A stretch of DNA of 64,000 nt from Euglena gracilis (Eukaryota), in NCBI GenBank assembly GCA_039621445.1, contig CP154954.1:46665847-46729846 (forward strand). The letters run 5' to 3'. This document shows, piece after piece, positions 22,955-36,300 of the stretch (its first letter is position 1; each line of letters begins with the position of its first letter). The notes below the pieces were generated by a model that ran no database searches, was not told where the DNA came from, and saw nothing but the letters and a program-made list of their open reading frames with translations. The position numbers and the translations under genes are program-made.

Positions 22955-23765
22955 TACTCAACTGTTCGAGGGCCCCAAAATAACAAACTCCCTTGTGTTT
23001 CCCAGTCGTTTCGGGGGGTAAATCCCTTCTGTTGCTCAATTGTTCGAGGACCCCAAAATAACAAAACCCCTTGTGTTTCCCAGTCTTTTCGGGGGGTAAA
23101 TCCCTTGTGTTTCCCAGTCGTTTCGGGGGGCAAATCCCTTCCGTTGCTCAATTGTTCGAGGGCCCCAAAATAACAAAATCCCTTGTGTTTCCCAGTCGTT
23201 TCGGGGGGCAAATCCCTTGTGTTTCCCAGTCGTTTCGGGGGGAAAATCCCTTCCGTTGCTCAACTGTTCGAGGGCCCCAAAATAACAAAATCCCTTGTGT
23301 TTCCCAGTCGTTTCGGGGGGCAAATCCCTTGTGTTTCCCAGTCGTTTCGGGGGGCAAATCCCTTCCGTTGCTCAACTGTTCGAGGGCCCCAAAATAACAA
23401 AATCCCTTGTGCTTCCCAGTCGTTTCGGGGCCAAATCCCTTGTGTTTCCCAGTCGTTTTGGGGGCAAATCCCTTCCGTTGCTCAACTGTTCGAGAGCCCC
23501 AAAATAACAAAATCCCTTGTGTTTCCCAGTCGTTTCGGGGGGCAAATCCCTTGTGTTTCCCAGTCGTTTCGGGGGGCAAATCCCTTCCGTTGCTCAACTG
23601 TTTGAGGGCCCCAAAATAACAAAATCCCTTGTGTTTCCCAGTCGTTTCGGGGGGCAAATTCCTTGTGTTTCCCAGTCGTTTCGGGGGGCAAATCCCTTCC
23701 GTTGCTCAACTGTTCGAGGGCCCCAAAATAACAAAATCCCTTGTGTTTCCCAGTCGTTTTGGGGG
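22955..23765. repeat. ~112-bp tandem repeat built from 34-bp subunits (~7 copies)
   Basis: AAATCCCTTGTGTTTCCCAGTCGTTTCGGGGGGC subunits; 112-bp periodicity of the spurious ORF starts. Confidence 0.9.
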
Positions 23766-26700
23766 ACATACATGCATGCATATACGTAGGAGGACGTTCG
23801 AGATGTCGCTCGAGGTTGCTCGAGGATGCTCTAGAGCATCCTCGAGCGTCGCTCGAGGTCGCTCGAGGATGCTCGAAAACATCCTCGAGCGTCGCTCGAG
23901 GTTGCTCGAGGTCGCTCGAGGATGCTCGAAAACATCCTCGAGTGTCGCTCGAGGTTGCTCGAGGATGCTCTAGAGCATTCTCGAGGGACGCTCGAGGTCG
24001 TTCGAGGATGCTCGAAAACATCCTCGAGTGTCGTTCGAGGTCGCTCGAGGTCACTCGAGGATGCTTTTTAAGCCCCCCCCCCCCTGGAGGGGGGGGCTGA
24101 AAAACGCTCGAGGATGCTCGAGCTCGAGCGCTCGATCTCGAGCATCCTCCTACGGTAACCCCCCCCCCGTCGGGGTCGGAGGGAGGTGCCTGCTAGGGGC
24201 AGGCACCCCCCAAAACCCTACCCCCCCAGGGGGGTTCGGATCGGGTGCTATGGGGCGCCTGCCCCTAGCACCCCCCCCCCCCCGTGGGGTAGGCACTCGA
24301 CCAAGCACAAGCCTGGTGGACACATACCCTGTTTTGGACCAAGGCTTGGAGAGAGCAAAACAAGAACAGTGAGATAGAACCGCCAGAAATTTTCGGGGGA
24401 GGCTTCAGACGGTATCCTCTGCTTCCAGAATTTTCAGGGCTTGTCCAGGCGAGCCAGAAGTCAGACAGCATTTTCCTTTTGAAAAGGGCAGTTTTCTCCA
24501 AAACAGAATGCCCAAACTTCCCCCCCCTGACTCTTCCACTTTCAGTCCTGCCAACGTGTCTCGGATCCCAAAGTCATCAGACCTTTGGAGGGGTGGAAAT
24601 GGGGAGGACGGCGCCAGATCCCTGCAGTGTGTAGGTGAAGGGCTGGGGTTTGATATGGAGAAAGCTGTTGGCAAAAGGAAGATTTGGCTCAACGTATGGA
24701 GAGATGGCTGCCTTAAATTTGGGCTCTACCACAAGCAACATATTCAAAAGGATGGGACAAATGGTGGGACAGTAAACCCTCCCATTAACCCCCCCCCGGG
24801 TAATAGGATCTGTTTGGTGGTTTTGCCCAAGTGGGGGGTTATAAATGGGGGGGGGGTTACACGTGGAGGCTTAGTGTGTAACCGGAAGAACCACCAAACC
24901 GTGACTTATACCCGCCCCCCCCCCCCAGAGGGACAAATTATGAATAAACAAGAGACAAAATGTGCCAAAAATCAAAACGGTGTGCTGAAAAAACAAGCGT
25001 GGTGGGCCTGCAAACCGCTGACATTTTGGCCAAAAAAGCCAAAAACAGCTAAAATACATTTTGTACCCCCCCCCTGGTGCAGAAATAGGGGTTATTTTTG
25101 AACCTCTTCCGGCTACAAACAAAACCTGGGCTTATAACCCCCCCACTTATAACTCCCCTCGGGACTGACCACCAAAAAGGATCCTTTGTCCCTAAGGGTT
25201 TTCAGCGGGCGCAGCACAACAAACCCATAACATCGTGTCTTGCGGCCGGGACACCGGTAAACCACAAACCAAACCCGCCTGCACAGCACCATGCACCACC
25301 GTCTACACCACTGTCCACCACACATTTTGACGGGTAACCGCCCAAAAAAGAGAAGCCACATTACCTTACCAGGCTTCTTTTTAGGGAAGTGCGTCGCGGG
25401 GGGGGGTGCAATGGCAGGAGGGGATAGGGGACTTTCGACCCCCAGGGGGGGGTAGGGTTTTGGTGTGGGAATACCACAGCACACCCCCAGCACCGAAGGC
25501 GAAGGCGCTGGGGGCCCGAAAATGGCAATTATCAAAGGAGAATTGGCTTTGTTGTCAGGCACCGGGGTCTAAAACCAACCCCCAGGTTTCCTGCCTAACA
25601 CTTCCCCATATGATCTACAAACGTCGCTGTCAGGCAATTTTCTTGTTCATTGTTCATGTTCATCGTTGATGTTCCCCTCCCCAATCCCCCTCCATCCATT
25701 TTTTTGCGCCTCTGGAACTTCCTCTCTGCATCCACTAGTCAACAAGTCCCTATATTCACATCAAAGACTGGCAGGTTCCCTCCTAAAATTGATCATTCAA
25801 AAATATCATGATGGTTCCCCTCAATTAACAATGTTACACGGTAATTCATTCTCATTCATCACTAAAAACCACTTTGTGTCACCTGCTGTTTCATTTATTG
25901 CAGGCATCTGCATGCACTACAAAAAATTTTTTCTGTCTCAAACACCATCAGAAACAGAAACAAAATGCCATGTGACATCCACGGAAAAAAAGCATTTCGC
26001 TCATTACAAAGAAGACAAAATCGTACGCCCTCTTCATTCAAATTCAAAAAAACTCATCACAATGATTTAAAGGTCAGGCGGTTAGGTAGATATTCGTCCA
26101 GGTTATGTCTTAAAATTTTTGGCTCAAAGGTGTAATAATTTCGGCACAATAAATTAGGAGCTGTTGATTACGAAACAATGGGAATGGGACTGTCATATAT
26201 TGGTGATCACCAATTCTCAATCATCATTGTACTGGGGGGGGGGGGAATTGAAGCTAGATAAAATTAGACCCGACAAAATTGGAAGCCGAAAAAAAATTGG
26301 TGCCAAACCTGAAAACGGACCGGAAAAAATTGGCAGGTTTTGTTTGCAAGATGACTGGAAAAGGGGTGATTTTCAAAATTTGGAGGCAGGAATTTCAAAA
26401 AAGGCCCAGAAAAATTTGGCAAAATTTCTGTACGCCAATATTTTCCCAATCATTTTTTTTCGGCATCCAATTTCCCCCCCCCCCCCGGTATCTTAACGTC
26501 AACACAAATGTGAACTGTAAAACCTGGTGGAGCAATGAATAATTCGGGGCGGGCCATGAGAGGACAGTGGGACCCATTTCCACAATATCGATGGCCATTT
26601 GGAAGGGTTGTTGCAAATACTTTGGGTATTTTCCTTCCATTGCATGAAATGGAAATGGGGATTGTCGTCCTCCCAGACACACATGTGGGACGAACCCGGG

Positions 26701-28142
26701 TGATTTAGGGCTCAGTTCAGGGCTTTACGTTTGGGTTAGGGTTAGGATTGGGATCAAGGTTGGGGATAGAGGGAGGGATAGGGATGGGGAAAAATCTGCC
26801 CAGATGGGCGGTTTCATTTAACTTTTGCAAGTTGGTTCATGCTCAACTTTCATTTTTGCCTGATTGCCCACAGAGTGAACAAAAATTGCGGCAAACAAAA
26901 TTTTCGGTGAAATACCCACCTTCTTTACTGTAATTTTCGGCCGGTGTCATCCATGGAAACCTCAGTTCGGCCATGAGAAAATATCATTGACCCTTGATGG
27001 AAACTGTTGGGGCAAAGTAAACCCTCCCCCCAAATAATACCCCCCCCCCAGGTTTCCGGCTGAGGGCCCGGATTTTGACGGGAAAATTTAGGTAAATATC
27101 ACAATTTCTGACAACAAATTACGAAAAAAAGTCGATTTTTCTGGATCATCTGACCTCCAAAAAATGGTAAATTGCAGAAGAAAGTGCAAAAAATGACCCC
27201 AAAGGGGGGTTTTGGTGCTATTTTGGCTCCTACGGGACTTCGAAAAATTTTGAAAATTTTGGGGAAATAATACCCCCACCAAATAATACACCCCCCCTCG
27301 GGTCGGTACTTCGGGCAAAAAAAATAATACCCCGGGGGGGGGGGTATTATTTGGGGGGGTTTAGCCTGAATTTGTTCAAATCAAGTTGTTCCTTTGTGAA
27401 AAGCATGGCCACAAAACCTCCACCGAAAATACATTCCAAAATGTCCCACGTTAAAACCGTTTAACAATCACGGGGTACCACATGAGGAAGATCATGAAAC
27501 CGTCATGGGTGCCCATGGTGGCACCCGTGACTGTTTTGAACATTTCACAATATGGCACCCATGAACGTAAAACGTTTCACCGTGTGACACCCGTGAACAC
27601 TTTTGGGGTGTTAAAAGTAGCATATTTTGAGGGCTTGAAAGGAACCTTGGGGCGTGATACATGGTGGGCGTACCCCCCCCAAATGTAAAGCCCCCCAAAT
27701 ACTCCAAATATGGCAAAAAAAAGAGGTAAAGAGCGGCTGAATAAAATAAATTTTCCAAAATCAAAAATTACCAAAATATTTGATACCTTAATTTTTCCCG
27801 TAATTGTGATTTTTGTATGCCCTGTTGTTAGCTTGTTTTTTTATATGCATGTGATGCTGTGATGCCCGAAAGCCTTCACAAATGGAATTACGGCTCCTCC
27901 AGCTCAGGGGAAGAGAGCCCATCGGCAATGGCATCCGAGGCGCGACCCCGCTGGGCCCGCCCCATCCCCCGCAGCGTCCCACTGCACATCCCAGCCAGGG
28001 GGAGGTCCGGAGGGCCAAACAGGCTCCGGCCCCATCTGCTGGCAAATGGCCGGCATCGGTGCAGGCCGCTTTTCCCTCAAGCACCTCCGTCTGACAACGG
28101 GGACCATGGCGGGGGGGTGGTGGTCATGGCTTGGGGATGGAC

Positions 28143-28760
28143 CATCCTCGAATGTGCTCGAACTACATTTGAGGACAATCGGGACCCTCCTCAAATGTCG
28201 TTCGAGGAGGTTCGAGACCATTCTGTATCCCCTTTGGACACTTTTGTACGCAACTGTTCGGAGGGCTCTGAAATAGCAAATCCCTTGTGTTGCATATGCC
28301 GTGTGTGTGCAAGTCCCTTCTGTCGCCCTCCTTCTTGAGCGTGTGTTGACCTAACCCCATCCCTTCAATTAACAACACAACTCCTTCATCTGGGACCCAA
28401 AATATCAAAATCCCTTGAGTTACATATGCCTGTGTGCGTAATTCCCTTTCGTTGCCAATGCCCTTTCGAACGCAACTGTTCGGAGGGCCCTAAAATAACA
28501 AAATCCCTTGTGTTGCATGCGTGTTGCAATGCATGTTGCGATGTGTGTGATACCTGAATGCATATACACATGTGCGCAGGAGGAGGTTCGACCCTCCTTG
28601 AATGTCGTTCAAGCACATTTGAGGAGGGCCAAGACCCTCCTCAAATGTCGTTCGAGGTCGTTTGAGGAGGGTTTTTAAGCCCCACCCCAAGGTGGGGGGC
28701 TTAAAAACTTTTGAGCAGGTTCGAGCTTGAACGCTTGAGCTCGAACCTCCTACGGTCACC
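28143..28760. mobile_element. Diverged relative of the 22.5-24.2 kb element without expanded arrays
   Basis: Shares CAACTGTTCG.AGGGCCC..AAATAACAAAATCCCTTGTGTT, the TTTTTAAGCCCC...GGGGCT hairpin and the terminal CCTCCTACGGT. Confidence 0.65.
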
Positions 28761-29392
28761 CCCCCCCCTTCCCAGCAACAACCCCCTAGCTTTTTATCAG
28801 ACAGGAGCCCAAGGTGGATGGATTGCTGGGGCGACCATTTCACCTCTAGAAGCATTCACACCCCCACCATTCAGCATCCTGGAATTGCACGATGTACTTG
28901 GTCGCCAAAATTCTGCATCACAATCACGCAAAAAAAATCATACACCACGAAACAGGGGACGTTTTCAAGGTCCCCCCGCCAACCAGATTCAAATGGGAAG
29001 GCCTCCCCTTTGGTGGACTAAAGCCTCTGGTTGGCGCTGTATGTGGTTCCTGTGAGTGGGCCTACACCCTTCTTTGTAAACAACCACTTATGTTTGTCTC
29101 CGGCAGGGGGGTTGGCCGTTAAAATGGCCAATCTCAGGGGGATATACAATCATTTTTCAGTCGTTAGTGGACTTTTTTTGGCTAATTCCCGTCACTTGGG
29201 AAATATTTGGCCAAACCCACCGCCAGGCCTTTGCCCGGGTCGTCAAAAAAACCCATCTGAGTGTGGGAAAAGCGTCAATTTTTTTTGAAAAACATTCAAA
29301 AACGGCGGGGAAATGGGCATTATGGGGGGTAGTCAAAATGAGGTTTCAGGGTGGGCTTCTTAATTAATCCCTCCCTCCAATTAGAAGCCCCC

Positions 29393-29562
29393 CCCATCGA
29401 AATAACAACCCCCCATATTGAAGCCCCCCCCCCCTCGGGTTCCCTCCAAAAATCCAAATAACAGCCCCCCCCCCCCCTAGGCAGCCGCAAGTATTCAAGG
29501 CGCTGGCAAACTGCAAGCACACAAAAGCAGCATACATCGGGTTTTTGCCATAGTCTTAGCAA
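29393..29562 (+). repeat. Dispersed ~170-bp repeat, copy 1 (copy 2 at 42734-42908)
   Basis: Near-identical CCCATCGAAATAACAACC...GCCATAGTCTTAGCAA. Confidence 0.9.
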
Positions 29563-29811
29563 CCTTGGGTTCCTTGAACCATTTGGTGAGAAGGTTGGGA
29601 CAGAAGACACTTGGCACATAAAAAAGAGTGATTTCCACGTCAACAGAAGTCCAAAAAGCCTGACTTTTCACACCCGGCGCAACGCGCACACAAAGGTACC
29701 CAATAGCAGCCCCCTCACCCCCCCCCCCAGGTTTCCGCATCCGCAGACTGACCGAATGGGCCCTTGGGGGCTTCTTATTGGGGGGTTACAACAACAATAA
29801 TGACAATCACA

Positions 29812-29870
<59 letters not shown>
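29812..29870. repeat. (ATG)n microsatellite
   Basis: Direct inspection. Confidence 0.95.
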
Positions 29871-29874
<4 letters not shown>

Positions 29875-30364
29875 ATGATAATGCTGATGGTGATGATGAT
29901 AATAATTACTAACTATTACATTATTACAGCTATTATTGCAAATTATTATTATTATACGCTTATTATTTCTATTCGGGGGGTGGTTCACCCCAGTAGGTAT
30001 AGGTACGCTGTTCCGCCAGGGTTCGGGACCTGGTGCATTGAGAGTGGCCAGACCCCAAACGGGGGGGTAGGTGTCGGAGTTTCGGTCCGACCGACCCGGT
30101 AGGAGCCGCCACGGGCCAAAAATAGGGGACTCCTAAGTACTACTACTACTACTACTACTACTACAAATAATAATAAAGAGTTTTCCCGGGATATGACAGT
30201 CGGTCGACCCGATCTGATGTAAAAGTCTCCCAAGGACAGGGGGTCCCCCCATTGTATGGCATGGGTCCCGGGTCGCGACTGCACACGTAGGTGGGTGCAA
30301 CTGGGGGTCAGACCCCAAATTTGTCGACTTAAGCGTTTTCGTGGCCGTGCAGCCCATGTGTAAA

Positions 30365-33300
30365 GGGTCCAAAAATCGATTTTTTGAAAATTACCCAAAA
30401 CGGATGGGGAACTGCACGGACCCACCCGGGGACCCAAACCAACCATGGGGGACCCCCAAGTGGCCTGTATACACCCCACATACCCCCGGCCCCTCCGGAC
30501 CGTTCTGGGGCCCGTACGGGAGTGGCAAAAAGGGGTTCCCACAGGACTTAGCCGTTTTTCAGCCTTGCCGGGGCCAAAAAATCGATTTTTTGAAAATTAC
30601 CCAAAAAGGATGGGGAACTGCACGGACCCACCTGGGGACCCAAACCAACCATGGGGGACCCCCAAGTGGCCTGTATACACCCCACATACCCCCGGCCCCT
30701 CCGGACCGTTCTGGGGCCCGTACGGGGGTGGCAAAAAGGGGTTCCCACAGGACTTAGCCGTTTTTCAGCCTTGCCGGGGCCAAAAAATCGATTTTTTGAA
30801 AATTACCCAAAACGGATGGGGAACTGCACGGACCCACCCGGGGACCCAAACCAACCATGGGGGACCCCCAAGTGGCCCGTATACACCCCACATACCCCCG
30901 GCCCCTCCGGACCGTTCTGGGGCCCGTACGGGGGTGGCAAAAAGGGGTTCCCACAGGACTTGGCCGTTTTTCAGCCTTGCGGGGGCCAAAAAATCGATTT
31001 TTTGAAAATTACCCAAAACGGATGGGGAACTGCACGGACCCACCCGGGGACCCAAACCAACCATGGGGGACCCCCAAGTGGCCTGTATACACCCCACATA
31101 CCCCCGGCCCCTCCGGACCGTTCTGGGGCCCGTACGGGAGTGGCAAAAAGGGGTTCCCACAGGACTTAGCCGTTTTTCAGCCTTGCCGGGGCCAAAAAAT
31201 CGATTTTTTGAAAATTACCCAAAAAGGATGGGGAACTGCACGGACCCACCGGGGACCCAAACCAACCATGGGGGACCCCCAAGTGGCCTGTATACACCCC
31301 ACATACCCCCGGCCCCTCCGGACCGTTCTGGGGCCCGTACGGGGGTGGCAAAAAGGGGTTCCCACAGGATTTGGCCGTTTTTCAGCCTTGCCGGGGCCAA
31401 AAAATCGATTTTTTGAAAATTACCCAAAACGGATGGGGAACTGCACGGACCCACCCGGGGACCCAAACCAACCATGGGGGACCCCCAAGTGGCCTGTATA
31501 CACCCCACATACCCCCGGCCCCTCCGGACCGTTCTGGGGCCCGTACGGGGGTGGCAAAAAGGGGTTCCCACAGGACTTAGCCGTTTTTCAGCCTTGCCGG
31601 GGCCAAAAAATCGATTTTTTGAAAATTACCCAAAACGGATGGGGAACTGCACGGACCCACCCGGGGACCCAAACCAACCATGGGGGACCCCCAAGTGGCC
31701 TGTATACACCCCACATACCCCCGGCCCCTCCGGACCGTTCTGGGGCCCGTACGGGGGTGGCAAAAAGGGGTTCCCACAGGACTTAGCCGTTTTTCAGCCT
31801 TGCCGGGGCCAAAAAATCGATTTTTTGAAAATTACCCAAAACGGATGGGGAACTGCACGGACCCACCCGGGGACCCAAACCAACCATGGGGGACCCCCAA
31901 GTGGCCTGTATACACCCCACATACCCCCGGCCCCTCCGGACCGTTCTGGGGCCCGTACGGGGGTGGCAAAAAGGGGTTCCCACAGGACTTAGCCGTTTTT
32001 CAGCCTTGCCGGGGCCAAAAAATCGATTTTTTGAAAATTACCCAAAACGGATGGGGAACTGCACGGACCCACCCGGGGACCCAAACCAACCATGGGGGAC
32101 CCCCAAGTGGCCTGTATACACCCCACATACCCCCGGCCCCTCCGGACCGTTTTTGGGGCCCGTACGGGGGTGGCAAAAAGGGGTTCCCACAGGACTTAGC
32201 CGTTTTTCAGCCTTGCCGGGGCCAAAAAATCGATTTTTTGAAAATTACCCAAAACGGATGGGGAACTGCACGGACCCACCCGGGGACCCAAACCAACCAT
32301 GGGGGACCCCCAAGTGGCCTGTATACACCCCACATACCCCCGGCCCCTCCGGACCGTTCTGGGGCCCGTACGGGGGTGGCAAAAAGGGGTTCCCACAGGA
32401 CTTAGCCGTTTTTCAGCCTTGCGGGGCCAAAAAATCGATGTTGTGAAAATTACCAAAAGCGGATGGGAAACTGCACGGACCCACCCGGGGACCCAAACCA
32501 ACCATGGGGGACCCCCAAGTGGCCTGTATACACCCCACATACCCCCGGCCCCTCCGGACCGTTCTGGGGCCCGTACGGGGGTGGCAAAAAGGGGTTCCCA
32601 CAGGACTTAGCCGTTTTTCAGCCTTGCCGGGGCCAAAAAATCGATTTTTTTGAAAATTACCCAAAACGGATGGGGAACTGCACGGACCCACCCGGGGACC
32701 CAAACCAACCATGGGGGACCCCCAAGTGGCCTGTATACACCCCACATACCCCCGGCCCCTCCGGACCGTTTTGGGGCCCGTACGGGGGTGGCAAAAAGGG
32801 GTTCCCACAGGACTTAGCCGTTTTTCAGCCGGGGCCAAAAAATCGATTTTTTGAAAATTACCCAAAACGGATGGGGAACTGCACGGACCCACCCGGGGAC
32901 CCAAACCAACCATGGGGGACCCCCAAGTGGCCTGTATACACCCCACATACCCCCGGCCCCTCCGGACCGTTCTGGGGCCCGTACGGGGGAGGCAAAAAGG
33001 GGTTCCCACAGGACTTGCCGTTTTTCAGCCTTGCGGGGGCCAAAAAATCGAATTTTTGAAAATTACCCAAAATAAATAAAAAAATGGGGAACTGAACGGA
33101 CCCACCCGGGGACCCAAACCAACCATGGGGGACCCCCAAGTGGCCTGTATACACCCCACATACCCCCGGCCCCTCCGGACCGTTCTGGTGCCCGTACGGG
33201 GGTGGCAAAGAGGGGTTCCCACAGGACTTAGCCGTTTTTTAGCTTCCAAAAAATCGATTTTTTGAAAATTACCCAAAACGGATGGGGAACTGCACGGACC

Positions 33301-36300
33301 CACCCGGGGACCCAAACCAACCATGGGGGACCCCCAAGTGGCCTGTATACACCCCACATACCCCCGGCCCCTCCGGACCGTTCTGGGGCCCGTACGGGGG
33401 TGGCAAAAAGGGGTTCCCACAGGACTTTGCCGTTTTTCAGCCTTGCGGGGGCCAAAAAATCGATTTTTTGAAAATTACCCAAAAAGGATGGGGAACTGCA
33501 CGGACCCACCCGGGGACCCAAACCAACCATGGGGGACCCCCAAGTGGCCTGTATACACCCCACATACCCCCGGCCCCTCCGGACCGTTCTGGGGCCCGTA
33601 CGGGGGTGGCAAAAAGGGGTTCCCACAGGACTTAGCCGTTTTTTAGCCTTGCGGGGGCCAAAAAATCGATTTTTTGAAAATTACCCAAAACGGATGGGGA
33701 ACTGCACGGACCCACCCGGGGACCCAAACCAACCATGGGGGACCCCCAAGTGGCCTGTATACACCCCACATACCCCCGGCCCCTCCGGACCGTTCTGGGG
33801 CCCGTACGGGGGTGGCAAAAAGGGGTTCCCACAGGATTTGGCCGTTTTTCAGCCTTGCCGGGGCCAAAAAATCGATTTTTTGAAAATTACCCAAAAAGGA
33901 TGGGGAACTGCACGGACCCACCCGGGGACCCAAACCAACCATGGGGGACCCCCAAGTGGCCTGTATACACCCCACATACCCCCGGCCCCTCCGGACCGTT
34001 CTGGGGCCCGTACGGGGGTGGCAAAAAGGGGTTCCCACAGGATTTGGCCGTTTGTCAGCGATGCGGGGGCCAAAAAATCGATTTTTTGAAAATTACCCAA
34101 AACGGATGGGGAACTGCACGGACCCACCCGGGGACCCAAACCAACCATGGGGGACCCCCAAGTGGCCTGTATACACCCCACATACCCCCGGCCCCTCCGG
34201 ACCGTTCTGGGGCCCGTACGGGGGTGGCAAAAAGGGGTTCCCACAGGACTTAGCCGTTTTTCAGCCTTGCGGGGGCCAAAAAATCGATTTTTTGAAAATT
34301 ACCCAAAAAGGATGGGGAACTGCACGGACCCACCCGGGGACCCAAACCAACCATGGGGGACCCCCAAGTGGCCTGTATACACCCCACATACCCCCGGCCC
34401 CTCCGGACCGTTCTGGGGCCCGTACGGGGGTGGCAAAAAGGGGTTCCCACAGGATTTGGCCGTTTTTCAGCCTTGCCGGGGCCAAAAAATCGATTTTTTG
34501 AAAATTACCCAAAACGGATGGGGAACTGCACGGACCCACCCGGGGACCCAAACCAACCATGGGGGACCCCCAAGTGGCCTGTATACACCCCACATACCCC
34601 CGGCCCCTCCGGACCGTTCTGGGGCCCGTACGGGGGTGGCAAAAAGGGGTTCCCACAGGACTTAGCCGTTTTTCAGCCTTGCCGGGGCCAAAAAATCGAT
34701 TTTTTGAAAATTACCCAAAACGGATGGGGAACTGCACGGACCCACCCGGGGACCCAAACCAACCATGGGGGACCCCCAAGTGGCCTGTATACACCCCACA
34801 TACCCCCGGCCCCTCCGGACCGTTCTGGGGCCCGTACGGGGGTGGCAAAAAGGGGTTCCCACAGGACTTAGCCGTTTTTCAGCCTTGCGGGGCCAAAAAA
34901 TCGATTTTTTGAAAATTACCCAAAAAGGATGGGGAACTGCACGGACCCACCCGGGGACCCAAACCAACCATGGGGGACCCCCAAGTGGCCTGTATACACC
35001 CCACATACCCCCGGCCCCTCCGGACCGTTCTGGGGCCCGTACGGGGGTGGCAAAAAGGGGTTCCCACAGGACTTAGCCGTTTTTCAGCCTTGCCGGGGCC
35101 AAAAAATCGATTTTTTGAAAATTACCCAAAACGGATGGGGAACTGCACGGACCCACCCGGGGACCCAAACCAACCATGGGGGACCCCCAAGTGGCCTGTA
35201 TACACCCCACATACCCCCGGCCCCTCCGGACCGTTCTGGGGCCCGTACGGGGGTGGCAAAAAGGGGTTCCCACAGGACTTAGCCGTTTTTCAGCCTTGCC
35301 GGGGCCAAAAAATCGATTTTTTGAAAATTACCCAAAACGGATGGGGAACTGCACGGACCCACCCGGGGACCCAAACCAACCATGGGGGACCCCCAAGTGG
35401 CCTGTATACACCCCACATACCCCCGGCCCCTCCGGACCGTTCTGGGGCCCGTACGGGGGTGGCAAAAAGGGGTTCCCACAGGACTTAGCCGTTTTTCAGC
35501 CTTGCCGGGGGCCAAAAAATCGATTTTTTGAAAATTACCCAAAACGGATGGGGAACTGCACGGACCCACCCGGGGACCCAAACCAACCATGGGGGACCCC
35601 CAAGTGGCCTGTATACACCCCACATACCCCCGGCCCCTCCGGACCGTTTTGGGGCCCGTACGGGGGTGGCAAAAAGGGGTTCCCACAGGACTTAGCCGTT
35701 TTTCAGCCTTGCCGGGGCCAAAAAATCGATTTTTTGAAAATTACCCAAAACGGATGGGGAACTGCACGGACCCACCCGGGGACCCAAACCAACCATGGGG
35801 GACCCCCAAGTGGCCTGTATACACCCCACATACCCCCGGCCCCTCCGGACCGTTCTGGGGCCCGTACGGGGGTGGCAAAAAGGGGTTCCCACAGGACTTA
35901 GCCGTTTTTCAGCCTTGCCGGGGCCAAAAAATCGATTTTTTGAAAATTACCCAAAAAGGATGGGGAACTGCACGGACCCACCCGGGGACCCAAACCAACC
36001 ATGGGGGACCCCCAAGTGGCCTGTATACACCCCACATACCCCCGGCCCCTCCGGACCGTTCTGGGGCCCGTACGGGGGTGGCAAAAAGGGGTTCCCACAG
36101 GACTTAGCCGTTTTTCAGCCTTGCGGGGCCAAAAAATCGATTTTTTGAAAATTACCCAAAACGGATGGGGAACTGCACGGACCCACCCGGGGACCCAAAC
36201 CAACCATGGGGGACCCCCAAGTGGCCTGTATACACCCCACATACCCCCGGCCCCTCCGGACCGTTCTGGGGCCCGTACGGGGGTGGCAAAAAGGGGTTCC

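Larger units (their letters stand above)
22365..24287. mobile_element. Composite non-autonomous TIR element containing two kinds of minisatellite
   Basis: Outer G-run/GTGCTA inverted ends; inner perfect 16-bp inverted repeat CCGTAGGAGGATGCTC (22531-22546 / 24140-24155). Confidence 0.6.

Noticed and set aside
22546-24150. CRISPR-like appearance of palindromic repeats and repetitive ORFs
   Set aside because: The units are tandem with no unique spacers, there are no cas genes, and the context is eukaryotic.
26733-26750. TTAGGG telomere-like motifs (also near 39030 and 39120)
   Set aside because: Only one or two copies each, which is too short to call an interstitial telomere.
29668-30102. Poly-His / poly-Met ORFs
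   Set aside because: Translations of the (ATG)n microsatellite.
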